A DNA stretch of 64,000 nucleotides, taken from Deltaproteobacteria bacterium (lineage in GTDB: Bacteria > Myxococcota_A > Polyangia > Polyangiales > Houyiibacteriaceae). This document shows positions 49,601 to 59,009 of the stretch, piece after piece (position 1 is the stretch's first letter; each line of letters starts with the position of its first letter). The stretch spans positions 1 to 64,000 of the forward strand of contig JAXMNT010000034.1 in NCBI GenBank assembly GCA_034670305.1, written 5' to 3'. Both the position numbers and the translations under genes were made by a program. A model generated the notes under the pieces. The model did not search any database. It saw only the letters and a program-made list of their open reading frames with translations, and was not told where the DNA came from.

Positions 49601-51067
49601 TCGGACGCCTACGACATCGCCGTGCGCAGCTGTCTCATCCAGCAGACGGGCGGCGAAGACTTGCTCTCGGCGCTGAGCGAACACACCGACACGATGGTCG
49701 GAATGCGTCAGGCCAAGGGAGCCGCGGACGGTATCGCCGCGATCGCGGCCGCCACCGCAGACGCCTCGGACAGCACCGATGCGTTCTTCTCCGGCGGGGT
49801 GGCGCCGGCGGCGCGGCTCGTCCAGGGCGCAGCGGAGCTCGCGTCGACCATCATCGACAGCGAGATGGACGTGGCGCAGCTGCGGTTCGAAGAGATGTCG
49901 GCGCGGCTCGAGGCGAGCATCGAGAACGCGACCTGCTTCAACGACGCGCGCGCGGAGATGGTCGGTATGCGGACGGCCCAGTTGCGCATCGAGCAGGCGG
50001 GCATCGAGAACGCGCGCCAGGCGCTGGAGTTCGCGAACGCTCAAGCGACCGTCCTCGCGCTCGTCGGCGATGGTCAAGCGGTGGTTCAGAGCACGCGCGA
50101 TCGCGCCCCCTCGGGGTTGCGTGTCGACTTCGCGTTCGACACCGAAGTGGCCGAGCTGGAAGCCCGGATGCATCTGGCCCGGCGCGCCGCCTACCTGGCC
50201 GTGCGCGCGGTCGAGTACGAGTTCCAGACCACGTCGGCGGAGCGCGGACGAGTCCTCGCGGCGCGAACCCCGGCCGCGCTCGAGTCGGCCCTCGGGCGCC
50301 TCACGGCGTTCACCGCCACCGGGGCCCCGACCGGAGGCGGACAGCCGCAGACCCTGCACGCTGTCGTGAGCCTGCGCGATCACCTCCTTCAACTCGGAGA
50401 CCGCACCGGGGGCGCACCGGGCTGGCGCAACCTCTCGCCGGCGCAGCGCTTTGCCATGGTGCTCGGCTCGGACCGCTACGCGGTCTACGAAGCTGGGGAC
50501 TACATCGGCCAGGAGATCCCCTTCACGATCTCTCCGGACGGAGCCGCCAACCCAGAAGGGATCACGATCCTCACCGGTACCGATTGCGCGGAACGCGTCT
50601 GGTCGGTCAACGCGTCGGTGCTCGGCGAGGACCTGGTGCCCGGGAGCGAGACGACCTTCACCCGTGTCGTCATTCGCAAGCGCAACACCTTCCACAGCCA
50701 GTGGTGCGCCGACCCCGGATCGGAGGGTCCGGCCTATCAGTTCGGGAGCGTCCGACCGGAACGCAACCTGTTCCTCGACCCACTCGTTCATTCGATGGTC
50801 GAGACGGATGTGATCTCGGTTGGGCCGAACACCGCCGCGATGGACCCGGCCCGGAGCTTCACGAACGCCCGCATCTCAGCGTTCTTCAACATCTCGCGGG
50901 CTGAGCTCGAGGACGAGAGCTACTTCAACGGGGACTCGACCGAGCTCGCAGGTCGCGGACTGTACGGGGACTACGCACTCTTCATCCCCGCGGAGTCGCC
51001 CTTGGCGCTCGGGAACGTTGACGACCTGCTCCTCCGCATCGACTACGTGTCCGCCGCGACGATGTAG
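46691..51067 (+). CDS. Giant lipoprotein with TcA toxin-like C-terminal region
   Basis: GGAGG RBS, FGGC lipobox; long coiled coil with Ala/Gly tip; AYLAVRAVEYEF, VSLRDHLL, GRGLYGDYAL...DDLLLRIDY. Confidence 0.7.
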   Translation: MGREQLMVVALMSLFGGCGDPTPEPTEPLCVVVPDVLAGGLGEQCAHDDDCPCGAWCERSVCASECSEDTPCPGTAECDLGSGRCQETGAALVRGPRNQVLRTSSSEVIVRPSGRLTVSAEGDEPVAFRVRATPGFEVNCGGDFDEQCDANASASAPAILELRASEAAPDGCAPLTATPCPSGTLTLTSDFDRLDVALVVSPGAAAPAPLTGTYEATLTAVGAGLSTRPSTDDLLEGARGIRVQATIEVFADDTIRLRDELGVFGDGAVGTLTAGGAGEVVLSIPRFAWLTGTRGDSLDPQIVTSFDDALLAHADGAITGELFQRFHGMTDAAETATLRWALAAGRLEQQPELGTPPAVPAPAELPPADRPVAEDESAPAGSALELACASGALSDSELDAEGDLRCSDGATQAVLPRFGDTVDPVDGSALLASCYGDLEGAGSECVDRELAVAALVRALDGPAASAERALGLRLLQRWITLHGFIAREGLAIERLHAWFADGDPPPIADPDGPGPREWVEPALARSLDGWDLLFHPRVGSALVASEEGSLASPDYRTRFGYEPPVATELADADLGISVTLLDVLRDQLRAAEVVVRRRMGADGLTEAMALGRAALRRAVVALAWAHGLLHDATAGSDPVWAEQADAAAQGVGSAMRSLLAAIRAAESGANALGIEDIDLPLYRIGDEVGSAERFAAASDYLLGAGGVPGVAPSLVEAARTAWDDVRSSWRDKLTRDFRTFSVENRVEDLQREYGAQIAELCGNPAWAELGVLELSADELNPNHCYIVDRDGCPTPDRLEALITPTDVAQDVCVMLALNRSFRPLDVDDMEIGEALDRLNTTLENDRRSRSPDRALLTFLHRTRRELPQLLEDYRDQFPVPGPLAYENARTRCGALVHELGGEMSADEEGRACTSARECHPAMLCRMGSCTAVEPPAPDATCYQGTLGELRLALQASAREVDIARSEFADRSDAYDIAVRSCLIQQTGGEDLLSALSEHTDTMVGMRQAKGAADGIAAIAAATADASDSTDAFFSGGVAPAARLVQGAAELASTIIDSEMDVAQLRFEEMSARLEASIENATCFNDARAEMVGMRTAQLRIEQAGIENARQALEFANAQATVLALVGDGQAVVQSTRDRAPSGLRVDFAFDTEVAELEARMHLARRAAYLAVRAVEYEFQTTSAERGRVLAARTPAALESALGRLTAFTATGAPTGGGQPQTLHAVVSLRDHLLQLGDRTGGAPGWRNLSPAQRFAMVLGSDRYAVYEAGDYIGQEIPFTISPDGAANPEGITILTGTDCAERVWSVNASVLGEDLVPGSETTFTRVVIRKRNTFHSQWCADPGSEGPAYQFGSVRPERNLFLDPLVHSMVETDVISVGPNTAAMDPARSFTNARISAFFNISRAELEDESYFNGDSTELAGRGLYGDYALFIPAESPLALGNVDDLLLRIDYVSAATM

Positions 51068-51118
51068 AAGAACGGCGCGGCATCTTGGCCGCTTGATCGA
51101 CGACCAGTGCATTCCGGA

Positions 51119-51205
51119 CGCGAGAGACCAGCAATATTCTTGGGGGCACGGCCCCCAAACCCCGTCCCGGTGACACCGCTGGCTCGCTTCGCGAGGCTGC
51201 ACGCT
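51119..51205 (+). repeat. Dispersed intergenic palindromic repeat, family B, permuted copy
   Basis: Unit end (cgcgagagaccagcaatat), then gggggcacggccccc, then unit start. Confidence 0.8.
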
Positions 51206-51334
51206 GTCGAATATTCGTCTCTTCTGCAACGCGTCGAACGTGGTGCGACGAGGTCTATCTGATCCAATGGACCACGCGAAGCGCTGCGGCATGCGCTGAG
51301 TTCGTGGAGCGCACACCCGGCCATAGGGATAGGC

Positions 51335-53656
51335 TCAGCGGCAGCGGAGCCGGCTGCTTCGGGTGGTGCTCGTACAACCCATCCCGGTGGGCGTCCCGAT
51401 GCCTCCACACGCGCAGTCTTGGTGCGTGGTCGATTCGCCGCATTCGGCGGTGTGCGAGAGCGGACCAGCGCCGGCGCAGCGGCTCGTACACATGCTGCCC
51501 GACGTGGAGAAGCAGGTGACCGCGAGTGGCTGCTTCGTCTCGCCCGTCGAGCAGTCGTAGTCGAAACTCGCCGCCGTGCCCCCCATCCCACCACAGATGG
51601 TGGGGCAGTCCAACCCGTGGCTGGTGTAGCACCAGAAGCCTTCCCGAGCCGTGCGGGTGCAGTCACAGATGAGCGCGCCTGGGCTGTCGCAGTAGGGGGT
51701 GTCGAAGAAGCTGGTCTGATTGGGTCGCACGTCTTCGAGAAAGTCCCGGCAGTCCGTCTTGGGCAACGGCCCGCCCGCGCACGCGGCCCCCATGGGCGCG
51801 AACCCGTCGTTGTCGAAGTCTTCACTCACCAGGACCCCGCCACCGCTGCTGCAGTCGTTGTCGATGCGGTCGCAGATCTCGGTGGCCCCTGGGTTGACCG
51901 CGGACGCCCCGTCGTCGCAATCGGTGGTGTCGGTGTCGACCGGTGCAGTCAGCGTGAAGTTGTCGCCGCACGCGCCGCAGATGCTCATGCCCATCGCGCC
52001 GCTCGGTGCGTAGCCATCGTCGTCCGCGTCCGCGTAGCAGGTCGTCGTGACCGTCTCGTCTACGGCGCCGTCGCAGTCGTCGTCGGCGCTGTTGCAGCTC
52101 TCGGCGACCGGCGAGATGGAGCACGCACCCCATGTCGCGCCTGGCCCACACGTTTCGGTGCCCGCCGCACAAGCGCCGGGCAACAGACAACCGCGTGACA
52201 TGCCCGGCGTGCAGTCGCAGTCCTCGTTGACGGCGCCGTTGCAGTTCTCGTCCACACTCCCCGCGTCGCAGATCTCGGGCGCGCCGGGGTTGATCGCGAA
52301 CACGCCGTCTTCGCAATCGGTCGCACCGGCTCCGGGTGGCCGGTTGGTCGTCGTCACGGGGCAGTTGCCCACCTCGGGTCGGCTCGCGTCGATGCAGCGC
52401 GACGCCCCGGTGGCTCCGCTGCCCGCGTAGGAGTCGCCGTCTCCATCTGGGTAGCAGGTGGCGCGAAGCATCTCGTCGACCGCGCCGTCGCAGTCGTCGT
52501 CGATGGAGACGCCTTCCAGGCAGACCTCCGAGGCACCCGGGCGCGACGCCGAACGATCGTCGTCGCAGTCGATGTCGGCCCCGGTCGGCGCACGGTTGGT
52601 CGAGTCGGTCGGGCAGCCCCCCACCGACTCGCGCCCCACCTGCGGACACTCTGCGCGCGCGGTGGCTGCGGCGGGCGCGAAGCCGTCGTTGTCGAGGTCG
52701 TCGTAGCAAGTCACCGTCATGCCTTCGTCGGTCGCGCCATCGCAGTCGTCGTCGACCTCGTTGCAGGTCTCGAGCTCCGGTTCGATCGTGCACGTCGCGC
52801 TCCAGGTCCCGCTGTCGCAGACCTCCACGCCCGCCGCGCAGGCGCCGCCGAGCGTACAGCCACGGGTCTCGCCCTCTTCACAGTCGCAGTAGCCTTCGGG
52901 GTTGGCCTCGCCATCGCAGTTCTCGTCCACCGGTGGCTCGGCGCTGTCGCAACGCTCCATCGCGCCGGGGTTGATCATGCTCTCGAGATCGTCGCAGTCG
53001 CCGTCGTTCTCCGCGAACCCTTCGGGTGCGCTGCATGCATCGGTGGTCGTGCCGTCGATGTCTCCAAAGCCGTCGCCGTCGCCATCCGGCCAGTACGTGA
53101 CCAGCACCTCTTCATCGACCAAACCATCGCAGTCGTCGTCGCGGCCATTGCAGCTCTCCGTGGCGTCGGGGTTGGTCCCCCGACGGGCGTCGTCGCAGTC
53201 GGAGCCGCAGACCAGCCCGCTGCCGTCTTCGTTGCAACAGAGCGCGTCTGGGCTGTCGTCGCCGTCCACGTCGCGGAAACCAAACGTGCGCGGGTCGCAA
53301 TCTTCGTCGACGTTCTCCAGATCGCAGACCTCAGCGTTGCCAGGGAAGCGACCGGGGTCCATGTCGTCGCAGTCGGCGCCGCCGCAGTCGGTACCGTCCA
53401 CGCCATCGCCGTCGAGGTCGCACTCCGTTTCGTCGCACGCATCGGCGACCTCATCGCAGACTCCATCGCAAGGCGCGCTCCCGGCTACACACGCGCCGTC
53501 GTTGCAGGTCTCGGTGCCATTGCAGAACCGGCCGTCGTCGCAGTCTGCCGCGGAGGTGCACAAACCACCGTCTCCCCCGGCGTCCGAAGTCATGGTGTCG
53601 TCGTCTCCGCAGGCAAGTGCCGCGCAGAGCAATACATACAATGAAAGCCGTCCCAT
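51335..53656 (-). CDS. Lipoprotein with MopE-like putative metal-binding repeats
   Basis: ALAC lipobox; repeated ExCxxxDxDCDG and YxDxDxDG. Confidence 0.87.
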   Translation of the reverse strand: MGRLSLYVLLCAALACGDDDTMTSDAGGDGGLCTSAADCDDGRFCNGTETCNDGACVAGSAPCDGVCDEVADACDETECDLDGDGVDGTDCGGADCDDMDPGRFPGNAEVCDLENVDEDCDPRTFGFRDVDGDDSPDALCCNEDGSGLVCGSDCDDARRGTNPDATESCNGRDDDCDGLVDEEVLVTYWPDGDGDGFGDIDGTTTDACSAPEGFAENDGDCDDLESMINPGAMERCDSAEPPVDENCDGEANPEGYCDCEEGETRGCTLGGACAAGVEVCDSGTWSATCTIEPELETCNEVDDDCDGATDEGMTVTCYDDLDNDGFAPAAATARAECPQVGRESVGGCPTDSTNRAPTGADIDCDDDRSASRPGASEVCLEGVSIDDDCDGAVDEMLRATCYPDGDGDSYAGSGATGASRCIDASRPEVGNCPVTTTNRPPGAGATDCEDGVFAINPGAPEICDAGSVDENCNGAVNEDCDCTPGMSRGCLLPGACAAGTETCGPGATWGACSISPVAESCNSADDDCDGAVDETVTTTCYADADDDGYAPSGAMGMSICGACGDNFTLTAPVDTDTTDCDDGASAVNPGATEICDRIDNDCSSGGGVLVSEDFDNDGFAPMGAACAGGPLPKTDCRDFLEDVRPNQTSFFDTPYCDSPGALICDCTRTAREGFWCYTSHGLDCPTICGGMGGTAASFDYDCSTGETKQPLAVTCFSTSGSMCTSRCAGAGPLSHTAECGESTTHQDCACGGIGTPTGMGCTSTTRSSRLRCR

Positions 53657-53762
53657 CCCGCCATGGTGCCGGGTTCTTGGCCGACAGACAAACCAGGTGG
53701 TGCTCGGTTCGGCAGCTCCGCATCAGCGGCTGGGCGGTGTGCTGCGAGCAACTGGATCCGCG

Positions 53763-55112
53763 TCAGGTCGAGGGGCAGCCGAACGTGAAGTCGAGGCCGT
53801 CGTCCACCTCGGCCCCCTGTACGGCTTCGCAGGTGGCCGGACAGAGCGCGATCCCATCGTCGTCGTCGTACGCCCAGCCCCCGGCGGCGTCGCAGTCGTC
53901 GAGCGCCGCGACCGGCACCAGCAGTCCGCTGCCTTCCTCGTCCCGCACCGCGACGCTCAAGTGTTCGGGCTCGAACGTGCCGCCATCGGGAACCGGCGGG
54001 ATCGGCGCGCTGCACTGGACGCGGCGGTTGCTCACGGTGGACTCCGTGAATGCCGTGGCGAACGGTGCCCACAGAGAGTCGCCGTCGCAGATCGAAACGC
54101 GAACGCCACCGGTGCGCGCGACCAGCTCGGTGTAGGTCAAGCCGCTGGCGCGCACATTGCTCCCGTCCCCGAAGCGGCACCGCACCGTCGCATCGTCCTC
54201 GTCTCCAAAGCCGTAGATGCCACTGACCACGTAGCCGTCCATGAGTCCGCCCCAGCGGGCATGGAGGATCCCCTCGGGTAGGGTCCGTGTGTTGAACGGG
54301 TTGGTGCCGCCCGGGCTCGACTCGAACCAATCGGCGGTGGCTGAGGGATCGCTCCCAGGAACGAAGCCCGCGTCGGTGGCGTCGACCATGCGCGCGTTGT
54401 TGTGGGTGACAAAGACCAGCGCCTTCGCGGCGTCGGGACGCAAATGGTCCACCCACGCCGGGCCTCCTTGCGAGTCGCCTTCTCGGTAGCCATCGGTCTG
54501 CCCGAGCGTGCCGAGGAACTGCTCGAGCGGGCTCGCGCCTCCCATGTCGATGGAGACGTGGAAGAAGCGCGTGCCGTTTGAACAACTGCTGTCCGCACTC
54601 AGCGGCGGAGGCACACAGATCGCTTCGGTCCGCATGGGTCCCACCGAGGACTGTCGCAGGCTCAGGACGACCAAGCGGTGGTCGAGCCCACGTGCCGACA
54701 ACGCAATGGCGATCATGTTCAGCTGGCGCTCGAACGCGCGCAGCGTGGGTGCCAGTGAGGACGAGTTCTCGACCACGAAGATCACGTCGACCGCATCGTG
54801 GTGCTCGAAGGTCGCGGCGACCGTCTCGGCGACGCATTCGTCGGGCGCGTCTCGCCCCACATCGGCGCTCCCATCCGGGCCCACGTCGGCGCTCCCATCC
54901 GGCCCGACATCGACGTGCCCCACATCGACGCGTGCATCCAGCCCGACATCCGCACCGGTCGCATCGACCGGCCCGACATCGACGGCCGTCGCATCCGGGG
55001 ACGCGTCGGCAAGGCCCGCATCATCGAGGGGCGCGGGGTCCTCACCACACGCAAGAAGCAGAAGCACCAGGGACGCGAATACCCATTGAACACGAAGCAT
55101 GGGGTCGAGCAT
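53763..55112 (-). CDS. vWA-domain (CglB-like) lipoprotein
   Basis: LLLAC lipobox; DVIFVVENSSS degenerate MIDAS; GWAYD...LCPATC...FGCP. Confidence 0.78.
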   Translation of the reverse strand: MLDPMLRVQWVFASLVLLLLACGEDPAPLDDAGLADASPDATAVDVGPVDATGADVGLDARVDVGHVDVGPDGSADVGPDGSADVGRDAPDECVAETVAATFEHHDAVDVIFVVENSSSLAPTLRAFERQLNMIAIALSARGLDHRLVVLSLRQSSVGPMRTEAICVPPPLSADSSCSNGTRFFHVSIDMGGASPLEQFLGTLGQTDGYREGDSQGGPAWVDHLRPDAAKALVFVTHNNARMVDATDAGFVPGSDPSATADWFESSPGGTNPFNTRTLPEGILHARWGGLMDGYVVSGIYGFGDEDDATVRCRFGDGSNVRASGLTYTELVARTGGVRVSICDGDSLWAPFATAFTESTVSNRRVQCSAPIPPVPDGGTFEPEHLSVAVRDEEGSGLLVPVAALDDCDAAGGWAYDDDDGIALCPATCEAVQGAEVDDGLDFTFGCPST

Positions 55113-55395
55113 ATCAGCAGCTCTTTGGTCGCCGACCGCTCGAGGTCGAACGGGATGGCGACCGACCCAGCGATCTCGTCGTGCGCCTCGGCCCACCCCA
55201 CTTCCCCTTCTACGGGAGCCTCGGAACGCGGAGGAGCGTGGCTTCCGGTGAACGTCGGCGAAATGACCACCCACGGCGCAGCGGGCGAGTTCGCCGCCGT
55301 CGAGATGGTGCCCGGCGTGGACCCCGAATCGCTCGGACCTGCTCTACCGGCTCTTCATTGAAGACCACGCTTCGCGTTGTCGGAGCGATTGCTTG

Positions 55396-55437
55396 GCATG
55401 CCAACGACTCATCCCCGGACCGAAGCGCGAAGCGCCC
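55396..55437 (+). repeat. REP-like repeat, family A, upstream of the Y1 transposase
   Basis: gcatgccaacgactcatccccggaccgaagcgcgaagcgccc vs gcgtgccaacgtctctccccccggacggagcgcgcgaagcgccc downstream. Confidence 0.75.
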
Positions 55438-55522
55438 CGCAAGACCCAATGGCGGCAGCGCGCGAATCGCCCCGCGTCTGGGCTCCCGCAACTGTCGACC
55501 GGCTGTGTCGATGAGGGGCTTC

Positions 55523-57157
55523 GTGACCGCGCCGCGAGCGAGAGTGCATGGAGAGACGCTGGCGATGACGCGGCGGACGAACCTGCGGAAGTTCGTGCTC
55601 GGCAACTGGGACCCGCAGGTCTCGCAGATCTACCTGTACTCACTTGGGGCGGCAGCGCTTGGTGCCGACGATGGGATGGGGGAGCGGCTGTCGGAGGCGG
55701 TGTTTCATCAGATCTGTTTGATGGGTACGCACCCGCATGTGTTGTTGACCGATGTGCGCGGGCGGGCGCCGAGGATCTTTTGTCGGGCGCACTCGTGGAG
55801 CGCGAAGGCGATCAACGTGCTGCTTGCGAAGCGCGGCTATCAGCGGCTTGGGCAGGTATACGACGGGCGGCAGATCTCGTTCGTCCGAACCATGGACTGG
55901 TCGGCGGAGTTGAAGCAGGTGCTGTATCAGTTCTTGAACCCGGTGGCGGCGGGGTTGTGCGAGAAGGCGGCGGACTACGACGGGGTGTGCACGCCTTTGG
56001 AATGGATCGGTGGGTACCGGTTGCGGGTGAAGCGTCCGGATGTGTTCTTCGACCCGTCGTTTCCGGCCGAGGTCATTCTCGTGTTCGGTCCGCCGCCGGC
56101 GGCGTACATCGCGTATGGCGGGGATACGAAGCGGATGGTGGCGGACCTGCGAAGTGACGCGCGCAAGCAGGAGAAGGCGATCGCTGCGATGCGACCGTTT
56201 CCGGTGCTCGGCGAGCGGAAGATGCATCCGTGGGATGAACCGAACACCTTGGTGGAACGGTGGAGTCCCAACCGGCCGCTTGTGACGATCGGTGTCGGTG
56301 GGGCCTGGGAACGCAAGCGGCTGCGGGAGCTCGTGCGGGCCGAAGTGGAGCAGTTCTGCGTTGGGCACGAGAAGGTGCGGCAGGAAGAGAAGGCGCAGAT
56401 CGCGCGGCGGGTGAAGAAGGCAAAGGAGCGGAGACGCGCGGAGGCGCTGGAACGAGAACGTCCTGCACAGGAGTTGGAGTGCGGCTCCGAGGGCTCTCAG
56501 GAGCCTGCGCGCGAACAGGAGCCGGACACCGCCGCTCGTGAACAGGAACCGCAACCGGACACCGCTCGTGAACAGGAAGAGCCTGGAGGCGACGCGGTGC
56601 CTGGAGAAGAAGGCGACGAGGCACCCAAAGAGGAACGCGACATCGTGTACCCGTACGGCACCTACAAAGCGGCGCGCGAGCGACGCCACGAAGTGAAGCC
56701 GCCGAGTGGCGAGGCGTACTTCCTCGCGCCGGGTGTGTTCGACGAAGGCTGGGCCAGCCGGTACGTCGAGTGCGAGTTGCCGAAAGAGGTCGTGTTGGTG
56801 ACCGGACGTGCGGTCGCGGACGAAGAGCGACGCAGCGAACGAGAAGAGTCCGCCCAAGACGTCTCCGACTTCTACGGCACCATGTACGACAAGCTCGTCG
56901 AGCGTGAGAAGGAAGCCTCCTCGAGAGCCTCGAGTGCGGAGGTCGAAGACCAGGCGGATGAACCCACCGCCGCCACCGACCGCAACCAGCAGAAGAGCGC
57001 CACCAAGCGACCGAGCATCCAACCACCGATGGCACCGCACCCAGTTCGCGAGCGCTACGAAAAGCGCCCCGACTTGTCCGACACCAACCGAGTCACCGTC
57101 CGCCGAGACCTCCTCCGACCAGGCGGAGCTCCTCGGTCCGACGAAGACCCCGACTGA
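55523..57157 (+). CDS. RAYT-like Y1 HUH transposase with long charged insertion and C-terminal extension
   Basis: TAPR...TRR; HUH THPHVLLTD; YQFLNPVAAGL; late YPYGTY; GAGGGG RBS before GTG. Confidence 0.85.
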   Translation: MTAPRARVHGETLAMTRRTNLRKFVLGNWDPQVSQIYLYSLGAAALGADDGMGERLSEAVFHQICLMGTHPHVLLTDVRGRAPRIFCRAHSWSAKAINVLLAKRGYQRLGQVYDGRQISFVRTMDWSAELKQVLYQFLNPVAAGLCEKAADYDGVCTPLEWIGGYRLRVKRPDVFFDPSFPAEVILVFGPPPAAYIAYGGDTKRMVADLRSDARKQEKAIAAMRPFPVLGERKMHPWDEPNTLVERWSPNRPLVTIGVGGAWERKRLRELVRAEVEQFCVGHEKVRQEEKAQIARRVKKAKERRRAEALERERPAQELECGSEGSQEPAREQEPDTAAREQEPQPDTAREQEEPGGDAVPGEEGDEAPKEERDIVYPYGTYKAARERRHEVKPPSGEAYFLAPGVFDEGWASRYVECELPKEVVLVTGRAVADEERRSEREESAQDVSDFYGTMYDKLVEREKEASSRASSAEVEDQADEPTAATDRNQQKSATKRPSIQPPMAPHPVRERYEKRPDLSDTNRVTVRRDLLRPGGAPRSDEDPD

Positions 57158-57883
57158 ACACCCTCAGCCGGCTGAAAGAGCCCAAGCGCGGCCCGGCAAC
57201 AGCCCGAGCCGCGCACACCTGCGTCCGAAGCAAGACGCCAAGACCCAGAACCGCTCCAACAACCCCTCACAGCACCCATCCGGCTCCCAAGTGAACTGAG
57301 TTGCAGCGCATCCAGCGCAACAGCCCACCTCACGGAGCCGTCAAACGAAGTTCAAAAGCGTGCCAACGTCTCTCCCCCCGGACGGAGCGCGCGAAGCGCC
57401 CGTCCTCGAGAGCCTCGAGTGCGGAGGTCGAAGACGCGGATGAACCCACCGCCGCCACCGACCGCAACCAGCAGAAGAGCGCCACCAAACGACCAAGCAT
57501 CCAACCACCGATGGCACCGCACCCAGTTCGCGAGCGCTACGAAAAGCGCCCCGACTTGTCCGACACCAACCGAGTCACCGTCCGCCGAGACCTCCTCCGA
57601 CCAGGCGGAGCTCCTCGGTCCGACGAAGACCCCGACTGAACACCCTCAGCCGGCTGAAAGAGCCCAAGCGCGGCCCGGCCACAGCCCGAGCCGCGCACAC
57701 CTGCGTCCGAAGCAAGACGCCAAGACCCAGAACCGCTCCAACAGACCCTCACAGCACCCATTCGGCTCCCGAGTGAACCGAGCTGCAGCGCATCCAGCGC
57801 AACAGCCCACCTCACGGAGCCGTCAAACGAAGTTCAAAAGCGTGCCAACGTCTCTCCCCCCGGACGGAGCGCGCGAAGCGCCC
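56918..57883 (+). repeat. Tandem duplication of about 480 bp (transposase 3' end plus REP-like repeat)
   Basis: 56918-57401 vs 57403-57883, near identical with a 3-bp indel. Confidence 0.95.
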
Positions 57884-57887
57884 GACC

Positions 57888-58156
57888 CAACAGCCCACCT
57901 CCCGGAGCCGTCAAACGAAGTTCAAAAGCGTGCCAACGTCTCTCCCCCCGGACGGAGCGCGCGAAGCGTCCCACCTCACGGAGCCGTCAAACGAAGTTCA
58001 AAAGCGTGCCAACGTCTCTCCCCCCGGACGGAGCGCGCGAAGCGCCCATCCTCTCCCCCCGGACGGAGCGCGCGAAGCGCCCTCGGAGCGCGCAAAGCGC
58101 CGCTCCGGGACGGAGTGCGCGAAGCGCCCCCCACGCGAACGGAGCGCGTCCGCGCG
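57888..58156 (+). repeat. Nested, progressively shorter family A repeats
   Basis: 57888-57968, 57970-58047, 58051-58082 and decayed cores, ending in GCGCGAAGCG or a variant. Confidence 0.9.
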
Positions 58157-58217
58157 GCTAGAGCGAATTGACTGTTGGGAAGGATTTGGCGGAAGCTGCC
58201 TCAGAAAGGTCTAAGGG

Positions 58218-58976
58218 ATGGAAAGAAGATACTGGAGCCAGTTCGTTGACGCCAAGACTGTGCTCGGATGGAGGTGTCCACGCTGCAACGTGGGGCACCT
58301 TGAAGCGGAAGCTGAAGGGTGGAGGGAGGAAGATGTGAAGGAGAGCGGGGGAGCGGACTGCGACTGGGAACCGGACTGGGTGCGAAACCTATGGACCGGC
58401 AGTTTGAGATGTAGGTCCTCGTCATGCGGCGATGTGGTGGTTGGTATGGGATACACGAGTCTGGATCAGGAGGTGGATGAGGAAGTCGGCCTCATTTGGG
58501 TATCCAGGTATCATCCGCTGCTGTTCGAGCCCCCACTGCACATCGTCGCTCTGCCCAAGTCGATTCCGGCTCTTTTGGAGACCGACCTGATCGAGGTTTT
58601 TCGACTGTACTGGGCATCGCCGTCAGCGGCAGCAAACCGACTCCGAGTAGCGATAGAGCACTACTTATCCTTGCAGAAGGTGCCGCGGTCACGGAGGACA
58701 AAGAAGGGGAAGCTTGTGACGCTGCCACTCCACACTCGCATTGAACGTTTCAAGCAGGCTCGCCGGACCAATGCGGACGTTGCCGACCATCTCCTGGCAC
58801 TAAAGTGGCTCGGTAATGAGGGTACTCATGATGGAACGCTGACCCACGACGACGTCCTGGATGGGCTGGTGATTCTGGAGGAGGCCCTTCGGCACATTTC
58901 TGGAAACGCTTCGGCATCGAAGGCACTGACAATGTCGGTCAACAAGAACCGAGGGACCGGGAGGAAGAAGCGGTAG
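58218..58976 (+). CDS. DUF4145 (HEPN-like) protein with N-terminal Zn-ribbon
   Basis: CPRC...CRSSSC; SPSAAANRLRVAIE...LHTRI...KWLGNEGTH. Confidence 0.82.
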   Translation: MERRYWSQFVDAKTVLGWRCPRCNVGHLEAEAEGWREEDVKESGGADCDWEPDWVRNLWTGSLRCRSSSCGDVVVGMGYTSLDQEVDEEVGLIWVSRYHPLLFEPPLHIVALPKSIPALLETDLIEVFRLYWASPSAAANRLRVAIEHYLSLQKVPRSRRTKKGKLVTLPLHTRIERFKQARRTNADVADHLLALKWLGNEGTHDGTLTHDDVLDGLVILEEALRHISGNASASKALTMSVNKNRGTGRKKR

Positions 58977-59009
58977 AGACGGCGGGGCAACGCGAGGCTA
59001 AGGCCAGTA

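Noticed and set aside
47366-50791. 1141-aa - strand ORF
   Set aside because: Shadow of the 46691..51067 gene
54578-55522. N-terminal extension of the 859-aa ORF
   Set aside because: Overlaps the vWA gene antisense; Y1-like sequence begins at TAPR with its own RBS
57301-57639. 112-aa ORF matching the transposase tail
   Set aside because: Product of the tandem duplication with no credible start
57318-58156. Repeat array as a CRISPR
   Set aside because: No unique equal-length spacers, intervening DNA is itself duplicated, no cas genes
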